DNA of 64,000 bases from Squalus acanthias (lineage: Eukaryota), in the NCBI GenBank assembly GCA_030390025.1, contig CM059438.1:64916001-64980000 (forward strand). Reading direction: 5' to 3'. Positions 22,945-34,817 of the stretch are shown in pieces. Below the pieces are notes generated by a model. It saw nothing but the letters and a program-made list of their open reading frames with translations, searched no databases and was not told the origin of the DNA. The position numbers and the translations under genes are program-made. The stretch's first letter is position 1. Each line of letters starts with the position of its first letter.

Positions 22945-25200
22945 TGTTATTACAAATCAAAACTTAAAATTGGGCACACGAATGTTTCATATACATGAAT
23001 AAGTCTAATCGGAGTTATCTAGCAGTTATCAGCTACATATCATTAATGAACAGAGTTACTTAACAAAATGAGTAGCAAAGGCTGCACAGACAATTTAATA
23101 CATCACTGTATATCAGCACGAACTGATGCTGAGTACTAATTATAGCAGTGACCAGATACTGAGGTTAGAAATTGGTGAGATTACTTTAAGGGTAATTCCT
23201 TAGATAGCTGTGAACAGTATACAGCTTTGAACAGCCAATCTATTAAATAGCTCAAGTCTATGTGTGATTAACATAGTTCAGAGCTTACACGACCTCACCT
23301 TTATTCTCATGCCAATACCTGAGCTGGCGTCACTCTCATTTCTCTCTGACCTCGGGCAGTTGACTGGTAAAGACTCACAAGATAACTCAGTGCTTCATCC
23401 TTGTGCTAATATGCTGTATTCGTAAAGATACCTTCTGCATCTGCTAGGTAAAGGTTCTTACAGAACAAAGAGGACCTATGTGAAGTAACAGTACGTCTGC
23501 TACTTCTACAAAGACTACTACAGACCGTCTACGACTGCTATTACTGCTGACTGCCAAACTGATCAACCTGAGAGGTGCAGAATTCTCTATTTTTATACTT
23601 TAATTTTAAAGGGCGGTCTCCCAAAATTCACGTAACCAATCGGGAAGACACTGGTGCCAGAAGTTGCCTCCCCTCTTCTGCCAAACAAACTTGATAGCTG
23701 TGGAGTCCTGTGGTTGCCATGGAGTCACTTGACCATAACTTTTCCACCAGCAAGACAAACTTTGTGTCTATGATTTTTAGGACCCCTCCCTTCACCCCCA
23801 TCTTGCATTTCTCAAGAGTTTTTTTCATACAATGGAAAAGGGGATTTCTTTATGTTCCATTAGGCGTTCCATCCAAGGCCTGAGCTGGGGATACTGGGGC
23901 CTCATACTTGTAAGAAGTGTCTAGTAGTATAAACACAACCCTTTCTGGTGCAATTAAACTAGAGGTTTTCATTTTGCATCTGCTAGGTAAAGGTTCTTAC
24001 GGAACAAAGAGAACCGTTTTGTTCTTAGCATAAAAAAAAATGATGGCCAAATTATCTGTGAAACTCCATCGCCTCCAGTCCAAATCCAAGGTCGTCCCAT
24101 CCTCTGTCATCGAATTACAGTATGCAGACGACGCTTGCGTCTGTGCACACTCTGAGGTTGAACTCCAAACCATCGTCAACACCTTCACCAAAGCATACAA
24201 GAGCATGGGCCTTACACTAAACATCCGTAAGATAAAGGTCTTCTACCAACCTGCCCCCGCCACACAGTACTGCCCCCGATTATCAAAATCCATAACAAGG
24301 CCTTGGGCAACGTGGACCACTTTCCATACCTCGGGAGTCTACTGTCAACAAGGGCAGACATCGATGACGAAGTCCAACACTGCCTTCAGTGTGCCAGTGC
24401 AGCCTTCGGTCACCTGAGGAAGAGAGTGTTTGAAGACCAGGACCTCAAACCCGGCACCAAGCTCATGGTCTACAGAGCAGTAGTGATACCCGCCCTCCTG
24501 TATGCTTCAGAGACATGGACCATATACAGCAGGCACCTCAAAGCACTGGAGAGGTACCACCAACGCTGCCTCCGCAAGATCTTGTAAATCCATTGGCAGG
24601 ATAGGTGCACCAATATCAGTGTTCTCGCTTAGGCCAACATCCCCAGCATCGAAGCTTTGACCACGCTCGATCAGCTCCGATGGACGGGTCACATCATCCG
24701 CATACCCGATACGAGACTCCCACAACAAGCGCTCTACTCGGAGCTCCGACATGGCAAGAGAGCCCCAGATGAGCAGAGGAAACGCTTCAAGGACGCCCTG
24801 AAAGTCTCCTTGAAAAAGTGCAACATTCCCACCGACACCTGGGAATCCCTGGCCCAAGACCGCACAAAGTGGAGGAGAAGCATCCGGGAAGGCACCGAAC
24901 ACCTTGAGTCTCTTCGCCGGGAGCAAGCGGAAGCCAAGCGCAAACAGCGGAAGGAGCACACATCAACCCAAGCACCCCACCCACCCGCCCCTTCAACCAC
25001 CGTCTGCCCTACCTGTGGCAGAGACTGTAGGTCCCGCATTGGACTCATTAGTCACCTGAGAACTCATTTTTAGTGTGGAAGCAAGTCATCCTCGGTTCTG
25101 ATGGACTGCCTAAGAAGAAGAAGAAACTCCATGGCCAAAAGCCTGGGTGATGGTATGAGCTAGCTGAGAAATTGTGTTAGCTAAAAGCCTTTTCTCAACA
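22945..25200 (-). mobile_element. Putative ERV 5' LTR (~1.2 kb after removing the nested RTE), followed by a PBS/leader toward ~22570
   Basis: Termini TGTT...AACA; minus-strand TATAAAA at ~23590 and AATAAA at 23300-23305. Downstream TAGTGCATGACT resembles the tRNA-His PBS TGGTGCCGTGACT, and CAG|GTAACC lies at ~22855-22863. No matching second LTR or TSD found. Confidence 0.55.
24070..25122 (+). mobile_element. 5'-truncated RTE-clade LINE
   Basis: ELQYADDA RT motif, YLGS, LLYASETWT, C-terminal CPTC..SRIGLISHLRTH zinc finger, (AAG)n tail; 10-bp TSD GAAACTCCAT at 24060-24069 and 25123-25132. Confidence 0.95.
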
Positions 25201-25288
25201 TTCAGTTCAATAGCTGCACTCCATTTGTATGGTCACCTTTCAAAGTTAAAACTCAATTTTAGGCACAATTTATGTAATGCTAGGTATC

Positions 25289-25735
25289 GGCCGTGGCTCA
25301 GTGGTAGCACTCTTGCCTTCTGAGTCAGAAGGTTGTGGGTTCAAGTCCCACTCCAGAGACTTGAGCATAAAATCTAGGCTGACACTTCAGTGCAGTACTG
25401 AGTGACTGTTGCACCATTGGAGGTGCCGTCTTTTAGATGAGACATTAAGCCCATCTGCCCTCTCAGGTGAATGTAAACAATCCCATGGCACTATTTTGTG
25501 GAAGAGCAGGGAATTTCTCCCCGGTGTCCCTGGCCAATATATATCCCTCAACCTAAAAATAGATTATCTGGTCATTATCACATTGCTGTTTGTGGGAGCT
25601 TGCTGTGTGCAAATTGGCTGCCGTGTTTCCTACATTACAACAGTGACTCCACTTCAATAGTACTTCATTGGCCGTAAAGCGCTTTGGGACGTCCTGAGAT
25701 CATGAAAGGTGCTATATAAATGCAAGTCTTTCTTT
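25289..25735 (+). mobile_element. DeuSINE (SacSINE1-like), near full length
   Basis: A box GTGGCTCAGTGG, B box GGTTCAAGTCC, Deu-domain GGTGCCGTCTTT..GATGAGAC.TTAA, and L2-like tail GCTATATAAATGCAAG. Confidence 0.88.
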
Positions 25736-26097
25736 TTACTTTACATTTGCCACTGTGATAGATCTTCTGACATTTTATTTCCATTTTTCTTCCAAGACAT
25801 CAGGCTATGCGATCACTGTGTTTATAATTTGGATCTGGCACTTTATTTTCACCCCTCTAACAGCTTTTACCTTGACCTGGGTTTTCCTCCCAAATACGGC
25901 CCATTATTATCCTCCCAGACAGTACCTGGGAGGATAATAAAGTAAAATATAGCGGGGAGATGTTCCACTGACTCTACACTAAATTTTTCTCTCCCCCTCT
26001 TCCCTGGGGGCTGCTCTTACCGTCTGCCGATTGCCCATCCCGCTACACATAAATAACGGCAACTGGGTGGGGCTTCGGTCTCCATGGGAGTTCAACC

Positions 26098-26320
26098 ACA
26101 ACTTGTATTTATATAACGCCTTTAACTTCACAGCAGCGTTATCAGACAAAATTTGACACCGAGCCACATAAGGCGATATTAGGACAGGTGATCAAAAGTT
26201 TGGTCAAAGAGGTAGGTTTTAAGGAGTTCCTTAAAAGAGGAGAGTGATGCCAAGAGATTTAGGGAGGGAATTCCAGGCCTTAGGGCCTAGGCAGTCAAAG
26301 GTTAATGCTCCACCTTCTGA
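26098..26320 (-). mobile_element. L2 LINE 3' fragment
   Basis: Minus frame LGPKAWNSLPKSL; homologous to the reverse complement of 58480-58705. Confidence 0.75.
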
Positions 26321-27044
26321 GAAAAATGTTGGATGGAAGAGCTGTTTACAGTCTCTTAGTGTCGGGAGCGAAGTGTTTTTAAAGCTGAAGATGTTAAAGA
26401 AGTTCCTTTGGGCTGTTCTCTGTACTTCCAGCCCCTGCACATCATGAATTTATGCAACACCAGGGGGAGCTTGTTCAATTTTCCCCAGATGCTGACCTGC
26501 CCCTTTAATCTGCTGCAGTGAATGAAATGCTGAAGCAACACTTGACTTCCCATCTCTCAGAGGCAGGCTCCCAGTGAGGAATGCTATTAGCGCTGGGACT
26601 CCGCCTTGAATACACGGTGACCTTCGGCCCAGGAAAATCGGACTCGGTTGGACTATGGCCTGATATTGAGGGAAATCAAGGCCCTTACCTTGATGTCATT
26701 GACTCCCCCTCCACTTTGGCCTTTCTTCATCTATTGCCATTCTTCACCTCACTATTGCCTGTGACGCCCATCTGAGGTCCCCTCTCCTCCATTGTTGAAG
26801 CTATCTTCAAAAAACTTGGTTTGCTCTTTTGTGCTAATGACTTCCTTTCCCTTCAACAACAATCTATGAAGTCCATCTGAGAGTTAAATACAGTTTCCAA
26901 ATCGGGGAAAGCTCTTGAAGCACCTCACACATTCTTGATGCAGATGTAAGAAAATGGTTGTAAACTCATCAGTGATTCATCTAACCTCCAGCTTCCACAT
27001 GCTTCTCTCTCTCTCTTTCTCTCTCTGAGATGTCTTTCTTTTTT

Positions 27045-28503
27045 TTATTTGTTCATGGGATGTGGGCACCGCTGGCAAGGCCAGCATTTATTGCCCATCC
27101 CTAGCTGCCCTTGAGAAGGTGGTGGTGAGCTGCCTTCTTGAACCGCTGCAGTCCGTGTGGTGAAGGTACTCCCACAGTGCTGTTAGGGAGGGAGTTCCAG
27201 GATTTTGACCCAGCAACGATGAAGGAATGGCGATATATTTCCAAGTCAGGATGGTGTGTGACTTGGAGGGGAACTTGGAAGTGGTGCTGCCCTTGTCCTT
27301 CTAGGTGGAAGAGGTCGCGGGTTTGGGAGGTGCTGCCGAAGAAGCCTTGGCGAGTTGCTGCAGTGCATCTTGTAGATGGTACACACTGCAGCCAAGGTGG
27401 GCCGGTGGTGGAGGGAGTGAATGTTTAAGCTGCTGGATGGGGTGCCAATCAAGCGGGCCACTTTGTCCTGGATGGTGTTGAGCTTCTTGAGTGTTGTTGG
27501 AGCTGCACTCATCCAGGCAAGTGGAAAGTATTCCATCACACTCTTTACTTGTGCCTTGTAGACGGTGGAAAGGCTTTGGGGAGTCAGGAGGTGAGGCACT
27601 CGCCACAGAATACCTAGCCTCTGACCTGCTCTTGTTGCCACAATATTTATGTGGCTGGTCCAGTTAAGTTTCTGGTCGATGTTGACCCCCCAGGATGTTG
27701 ATGGTGGGGGTTTTGGCGATGGTAATGCCGTTGTATGTCAAGGGGCAGGGGTTAGACTCTCGCTTGTTGGAGATAGTCATTGCCTGGCACTTGTGTGGCG
27801 CGAACGTTACTTGTCACTTATCAGCCCAAACCAGGTCATGTTGCATGAGGGCATGGACTGCTTCATTATCTGAGGAGTTGTGAATGGCACTGAACACTGT
27901 GCAGTCATCAACGAACATCCACATTTCTGACCTTATGTTGGAGGGAAGGTCATTGATGAAGCAGCTGAAGATGGTTGGGCCTAGGACACAGCTCTGAGGA
28001 ACTCCTGCAGCGATGTCCTGGGGCTGTAATGATTGACCTCCAACTACCACAACTTTGTGCTAGGTATGACTCCAGCCAGTGGAGAGTTTCACCCCCCGAT
28101 TCCCATTGATTTCAGTTTTACTAGGGCTCTTTGATGCCACACTCAGTCAAATGCTGCCTTGTTTTCAAGGGCAGTCACTCTCGCCTCACCTCTGGAATTC
28201 AGCTCCTTTGCCCATGTTTGGACCAAGGCTGTAATGAGGTCAGGAGCTGAGTGGTCTTGGCGGAACCCAAACTGAGCATCGGTGAGCAGGTTATTGGTGA
28301 GTAAGTGCCACTCGATAGCACTGTCGATGACACTTTCCATCACTTTGCTGATGATTGAGAGTAGACTGATGGGGCGGTAAATGGCCAGATTGGATTTGTC
28401 CTGCTTTTTTTGGACAGGACATACCTGGGCAGTTTTCCACATTGTCGAATAGATACCAGTGTTGTAGCTGTACTGGAACAGCTTGGCTAGAGGCACGGCT
28501 AGT
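27045..28503 (-). mobile_element. 5'-truncated CR1/L2-group LINE (RT pseudogene)
   Basis: YRPISLLSIISKVME, QFGFRQDHS, AGVPQSCVLGPTIF and MFVDDC motifs in broken frames; A-rich 3' tail. Confidence 0.92.
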
Positions 28504-29033
28504 TTATTTTTTAATGAATCTAGTACTGAATTTTTCTTTCACATTCCTGCTAAGCTCCAAATATTCTGTTATACACGCAGACGTCTTTCTCCCTACTTCC
28601 CTGCTGTTTTGAATTCAAGATGTATCACATGCATTTTCCCAGGGCTCAAAACTGTGAAATGTCTCGCCTCTCTCAGGCTTGCCTTTCTCCAACAACCTAC
28701 TTTTACAATCCTTGCTTTATTACTTCTGGATTCACTTTGCTGTCTCTTTTACTCTTCTCAACCTTGGTGATATCCTGTACAATTGTGCTGTACAAACTCA
28801 CTATTCCTATTCGATAGGTGTCTGTTTTACTGAAGAAAGATGGCCAATCTAATTTTCTTTGCTTTTTATGTCAGTGTGCACATAGTATTTTCTTATATTT
28901 ACACCTTTGAAGTTCTCTTTCAAAGTATGAGATGGTGCTTTACTTGGAAAACAGCAACCCCATTACATAATACATGGACTCTGATTCCTTATGATTATCC
29001 TGCTGTGATCTACAAACTGTGTTCAGATACAAA

Positions 29034-29876
29034 GGGGGGAATTTTGCCAGCCCTGGGGAGGCGGGCTTGGAGGCGGGACTGCCGGGAAAAAGACAGAATC
29101 TGGGGGCGGGTGCCCATCCCGCCCCCAACCCGCCTCCGTGCCATCTTCCTAGGAGGCGGGTAGCCGACCCGCGCTGGGAGCCGCCTCCCCGAGGCGGGAA
29201 GGGGATTACAGCCACTTAACTGCCTGTTAACGGGTAGTTAACAGGCAGTTAAGAGGATTATCCCCATTTTTCCAGCAGAGGCGGGGCTTCCCGACGTCGG
29301 GAAACCCCGCCAGGGCCAGCGAGGCGAGCAGTGGGTCTGCGGGGTCGGAGGGGTCAAAAAGTGCAATGTGGAGGTAAGTGATGGGTGCAAGTGTGGAGAG
29401 GTAAGTGTGTGAGGTGAGTGAAAAGTGATAGAAAATGTTTACTTACCTTTGTTTCTTTCTGCAGGCTTCAACAGTTGGGGATGTGGAGAGTCTCGCATCT
29501 CACCGGCAGAGATGGCAGATGGATGCTGCATTCTCCGATGCAACAACCATCTGATTTCTGCTCAGGAAAGAGGTTTGATGAGTCTTGAATACAAGGACTC
29601 ACCAAACAACAGAGAATGTCAGTGTTTGACAGCTTCTCAAAGCTGTCAAACGATGACAATTCACCTGTCAAAAATTTTTGACAGATGAAACGTCGTACGC
29701 TGACGTTCTCTGTCACCGGCTTTCCCTTAATTGGCCTGCTAAGCCCGCTGGGCGGGCTTAACAAGGTCAATCAAGGGAAAATAGCGTGGGTTGGCCAGAA
29801 GTCGTTGGAGGCGGGACTAAAACCCAACAAGTGGGAGTCCCGCCTCCAAAAGCTCCCCATTGGCAAAATCCAGCCC
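29034..29876. mobile_element. Harbinger-type MITE, family E copy 1
   Basis: TIRs GGGGGGAATTTTGCC / GGCAAAATCCAGCCC; TSD AAA; many GGAGGCGGG/CCCGCCTCC subterminal motifs. Confidence 0.88.
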
Positions 29877-30789
29877 AAAGATACTGCAAATAAAATGCGG
29901 AGCAAACCAAAAACCATTCAATTGCAATCCCAGAATTTCAGATGAAAGATCTTTTCACAAGCTCGGCTGGCTTGTTCCGTCCAATAGAGAAGGCTTGCAC
30001 TGAGACATTGGCCCATAATTTACTGTCAAAATACCGGCGAGGCCAGTACCACGCGCCGTTATTTATGCGTAAAGGCTACAGAAGCTTCAGGCGAGGGCAG
30101 ATGCGCGATTAACCGTGGAAATCCGAAAGTTGCTGTTCAAGATGCGGCGTTCCGCCATTAGCTTCGCGAAAACGGCATCTCGCTGTCTGCCTCATCCTTG
30201 AAATGCATCGGGCAGCGTGAGGTTGCATGGTAGATATGAATTAAACTCATGGATTTTGTCAATGCGAAGCATTTGGAGGCGGGACTGCTGCTTGCCGGCT
30301 TTCAATCCCGCCTCCATCAGCTTCTGGCCAACCAGCGGGATTTTCCCCTGTTTGACCTGGTTAAGCCCACCCTGCGGGCTCAGCAGGCCAATTAGGGGGA
30401 AGTCACTGGCAGAGCACATCAACGTCTGACGTGTCATCTGTCAAGATTTTTTGAAAGAAGAAATGTCAACGTTTGACAGCTCTGTGAAGCTGTCAAACAC
30501 TGGCATTCTGGGCTGGATTTTGTCATTGGGGGCGGGCTGGGGGCGTGTCAGGTGGTCGTCGTGTCAGGATCCCGACTCCGATATAAAGTGGGAAAAAAGT
30601 GCAATTTTGCCCTAATTGGCAATTGATTTCCAGCATGTGGGTACCCCTGGCCCAATGAGCCTTTTCATACAGAAACTTGCCTCCGATGACGTCATCAATG
30701 CTGCTGGATTTAAGGCCTGCAAGCAGCCTTGCTTCTTTTTCAGCCTTTCAACTTTGTGACCATTGTTCTGAGTGATTCCTTTTGCAAGT

Positions 30790-32789
30790 ATGTCCAGCTT
30801 TAGACCAAAGTGTGCACCTAGATTTGATGAGGCCTCCCTCCAAGCTCTGGTGGAGGGAGCAAGAGCAAACAAGGAAGTGCTCTTTCCTTCCTCAAGCAGG
30901 AAAAAGCCTCCCTAGCTGACTAAAGCTGTGTGGCTGCAAGTGTCACAGGAGGTCAATGCTATTTCTATGTGCAGCAGAACCTGGCTGCAATGCCGAAAGA
31001 GGTTTCATGACCTTCTCCGCACAGGAAAAGTAAGTATTACATTCCCATCACCCTCAATCTGATCCCCATTGCCTCTCATCACCAGCACTCTGCTTTGTCA
31101 AGCTCCTCCTGCACATCCCACTTCACCCTTACATCCCTGCACCCTTACCCATTCCCTCTCTCTCTATGTTCACATTCACTGAACTATTCGACTATGCAGC
31201 CCTCACACTCCCTATCACTGTGATGTAATGCCAACAACTTACAACACACAGGGAGGGCCCTTGGTCTTGGCACCTCACTCCATCTTTGTCTCCTTCTAAG
31301 CATCTATGCCATGGATTCTCTGCACTCACTCATTCATTCTCACTCAAACTCCACTTGTGTCCCTCATTGCAGGAAAAGAGAGCCCACAATAAGAGGGAAA
31401 GGGCGAGGACAGGAGGAGGGCAACCCTCAATAGCCCAGCTCACCAATGCAGAGGAGGTGGCCCTGGAGATCATGGGAATGGAGGACGATGCGCAAGTGGG
31501 GGACGGTCAGACCGGGCGCATCACAGCAAGCTGGTGACAGAATAGTTTTGCATCTCTCTCATTGACATTGCTTGAGTGACTGATAATGATTCTGATGCTC
31601 TAACAGATTGAGTTATGATCATCTGCACAATTCAATGTGCATGCAACCTTTATCTCATATCTCTAAATCTTTCCTTTACTCCCCCACAGGACCATCGAGA
31701 GCCCCCGTCCCCACTGTCCAGGAGGAGCAGCCTGAGCCTGAAGACTCCTCAGAGGAAGCTGCAACCTCTGAGGGCGCAGCGTCAGCAGAATTCAGCGCAC
31801 CCAGCACCAGCACACATACTCACACCTTGGTGGGACCTTCGCGAGATAGAGTAGTGTTGTCACCTGGTGTATCACAGATCACAAGTGAGCATCAGCAGAT
31901 GGTGGAGACAGGGACAGCAGTGGAGAGTCCTCATCAGAGGGCGCAGGACTTTCCCAGCTTGGCTCTGCTGCATGTCGACCCTGTGCCTCTGGGTCCATCC
32001 AGAAGGAGAGCGGTGCTGGAACTCCAGGAACAGGTGCCGGAGTCTCTGGCAGGCTTTGTCTCCAGGTTTGCTGCGAGTGTGGAGCGAATGGAGGAGTCTA
32101 TCGCGAACATGAGCAGAGCCTTTGTGGCGGCATTGGCGCATGAACGCATCACCATGGAAAGGATGGCAACCTCCGTGGAAAGGCTGGCTACCTCTGTGGT
32201 AAGGTTGGCTACCGTAGAGGAGAGGATGGCTACGGCCATGGAGGAGCTTAGTCGCCAGGGTATTGAAAACATGGTCATTGTTCAGAATAGACTGACATCT
32301 CTTGAGGAGCGATGGTCAGCTATTGAGCAAACAAACCAGACCTTCATGGAAGTCCTCTGGAGTAGGACTTCCAGTGCAGAAACGGGTCCTCATGGTCCCT
32401 CTGAAGTGCAGCAAGGTGCTGTCAAGCCACTTGCTAGCTCTGAAGTGGGGCTGAACCATGAGAGGAATGTTGGTGGCAGACAACAAGGAAGTGGGGGCTC
32501 CTCTCCAAGTGCTCACACGACCATGTTACTGCAAAGCCCTCGGTCAGAGCCCCACCAGAGTCCTCACCCAACTGAGATTAGTGTCTCAACCCCTGCACAG
32601 CCACAGGAGCAGCAGACTGTTGCCGAGCCCTCACAGACTCGCAACCCCAGAGGACGCCCGCCAAAGGTGTCGAGACAGGAGCAGCAAGAAAGTGAGCAAG
32701 GGGCCTCCACATCTGCTGAAGCCACAGGGGAAGCACCACGTAGGAGCATGCATAAGAGGAAGATAAAGCGCAAGTCGTCACAAGGGTAG
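30790..32789 (+). pseudogene. Harbinger Myb/SANT-like DNA-binding protein, 3 exons (30790-31029, 31373-~31533, 31690-32789)
   Basis: Exon 1 reads MSSFRPKCAPRFDEASLQALVEG..AVWLQVSQEV..RTWLQCRKRFHDL with an in-frame TAG at 30913; GT-AG introns; exon 2 contains RTGGG; exon 3 is the long ORF 31608-32789. Confidence 0.85.
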
Positions 32790-33035
32790 TCACTTGGGTG
32801 TTCTGTTGTGTTTATTTTTGAAAAGCCACCTGTGAATTGTGATGATAAACAAATTTGATGGCAAACTGTTGAAGTTGTGGCCTATGTCATTTCGCAAATG
32901 GGACTTCCACATTGAGGCCTTAGGGTGACTTGCAATTGTCAGTATGGAGGTCAGAGTTTTTTGAATCCATAGGTTCTTGTCCATTGTCGATGCTCTGGTA
33001 AGAAGGTTCGATGCAAACATGTTTGATTGTGCTGG

Positions 33036-34264
33036 CTAAGCAAATCTGGCCAAGATGAGTGCGTCCCTTGCATCCTGGGCTGCAATGTGCTCTCGTGCTG
33101 GTGCCTCTGGTTGATGCGCCTCTGCAACCTGTTCGTTGTCGGTGTCATCCTCCTCCTCCTCCTCTTCCTCATCTGAGGAGGCTATGCGCTGAGCCACTTG
33201 TACCTCAGGCAGCCGCAAGCCACGATGCTGTGCTCTGTTGTGAAGTGCACAGCAGACCACGACGATTTTGGAGACCCTGGCTGCTGAGTACTGCAGGGCT
33301 CCACCTGATCTATCAAGGCATCTGAATCGCATCTTCAGCAAGCCGATGGTTTGTTCGATTATGGATCTGGTGAAAATGTGGCTGGAGTTGTAGCGCTCCT
33401 CAGCATCGTTGGAAGGGCTCCTCAACGACGTCATTAGCCTCGTCTTCAGGGGATAGCCCTTGTCTCCAAGTAGCCATCCAAAAAGTTGGTCTGGCGGACT
33501 GAAGAGCGGAGGCACACTAGACTGGCGCAGGATGAAGGAGTCATGGCAACTGCCAGGGTACTTGGCGCAAACATGCAAAATTTCCTTCTTGTGGTCACAC
33601 ACCAGCTGTACGTTGAGGGAGTGGAAGCCCTTGTGGTTGACAAAAATACTTGGATTGTGATGGGGTGCTGTAAGGGCCACATGTGTGCAGTCAATGACGC
33701 CCTGCACCCTTGGAAAGCCCTGCCAGCGGTTACACTTGCTTGATTCTTGGAGAAGTTGATGTAATTATGAGCGATGGCAAAGAGGGCATCGGTTACCTGC
33801 GTGATGCAAGTGTGTGCGGCCGCCTGGCAGATGCCGCTGATGTCTGCTGCTGATCCCTGGAATGAGCCTGAAGCAAAAAAGTTGAGTGCGGTGGTGACTT
33901 TAACGGCCACTGGTAAGGGGTGTCCACCGGATCCTCTGAGCTCCAGGTCTTGCTGCAGCATTGCGCAGATGTCAGCGACTAGCTCTCGCGAATGTCTCAG
34001 CTTCCTTTGGCACTGCTGCTCAGTCATGTTGAGGTAGCTCATCCTCTGACTGTAGACCCTGTTTTGGAGGTATCTCCTGTGGCGATGTGCTTCCCTGCAC
34101 TGGCGCCTTCTGGCCTGTGCAGCTTCAGGTGGGTGAGCAGCAGCTTGGTGCTCCTGTTGTTGCTCCTGCTGTTGGTGCTGCTGTTGTTCAGGGTTCTGCT
34201 GCTGCTGTGGCTGGTCTTCGTCCAAATCTGATGTCCAGGAGGAAAGGAAATAAATGGTTCCAAT
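33036..34264 (-). pseudogene. Harbinger DDE transposase (HARBI1-like), frameshifted near 33720
   Basis: [39 protein letters not shown] and [16 protein letters not shown] motifs; N-terminal HTH region in ORF 33446-34225. Confidence 0.95.
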
Positions 34265-34817
34265 GCTTCTTGTATATACCTCAGTTGAGGAAGTGCTCAG
34301 TCAATGTGGGGAGAGGGGTATCCCAGGAGGTCAGACAGGAGATGGGTGTCAGGCTCTAAACTTCCACAACAATGAGTAGGCCTGCTAAAAGTTCCCTCAG
34401 ACCTGAGGCAACAAAGTTCTGCCACCTGCAAATGATCATCGGTGAAAAGTCCTTTTTAATGGTGGAGCTGCAGCTGTTAGTAAGCCATCCAATTGTGAGG
34501 CCGCCAGGATTAACTGGCGTGTTCCAGAGGAGACGTGCAGCACGGGGAAAATGTCTTAAATTCAGAAAGGCCTCTCAAAATGGGATTATAGAGGCAATTA
34601 ACTGGTAGTTAAGGGCCTTAAGGGCCTATCCCGCCTCTTGGAGGCGGGCTGGAAACGGGGTCTGAAACCATGAATGTGGCAAAATTGCTCGGAAGCGGGA
34701 TGGAGGTGGGATCAGAGCCGCCCGCCATTTTTAGCGATTTTTACAACTCACGCGCCTCCATTCCCGCCTCCTCAGGCCTGTCAAAATCGAGCCCTCTGTG
34801 TAGTTTGATGAGACCTT

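Larger units (their letters stand above)
30510..34794. mobile_element. Near full-length PIF/Harbinger transposon (4285 bp) with convergent Myb/SANT and transposase genes
   Basis: TIRs GGGCTGGATTTTGTCA / TGTCAAAATCGAGCCC; TSD TCT at 30507-30509 and 34795-34797. Confidence 0.93.

Noticed and set aside
25289..25360. tRNA genes (also at 4690-4769, 57441 and 62080-62135)
   Set aside because: These are A/B-box heads of SINEs continuing into SINE bodies; no complete cloverleaf is evident.
33036..34264. Domesticated HARBI1 gene
   Set aside because: Frameshifted, flanked by TIRs and a TSD, paired with a Myb gene, and multi-copy within the window.
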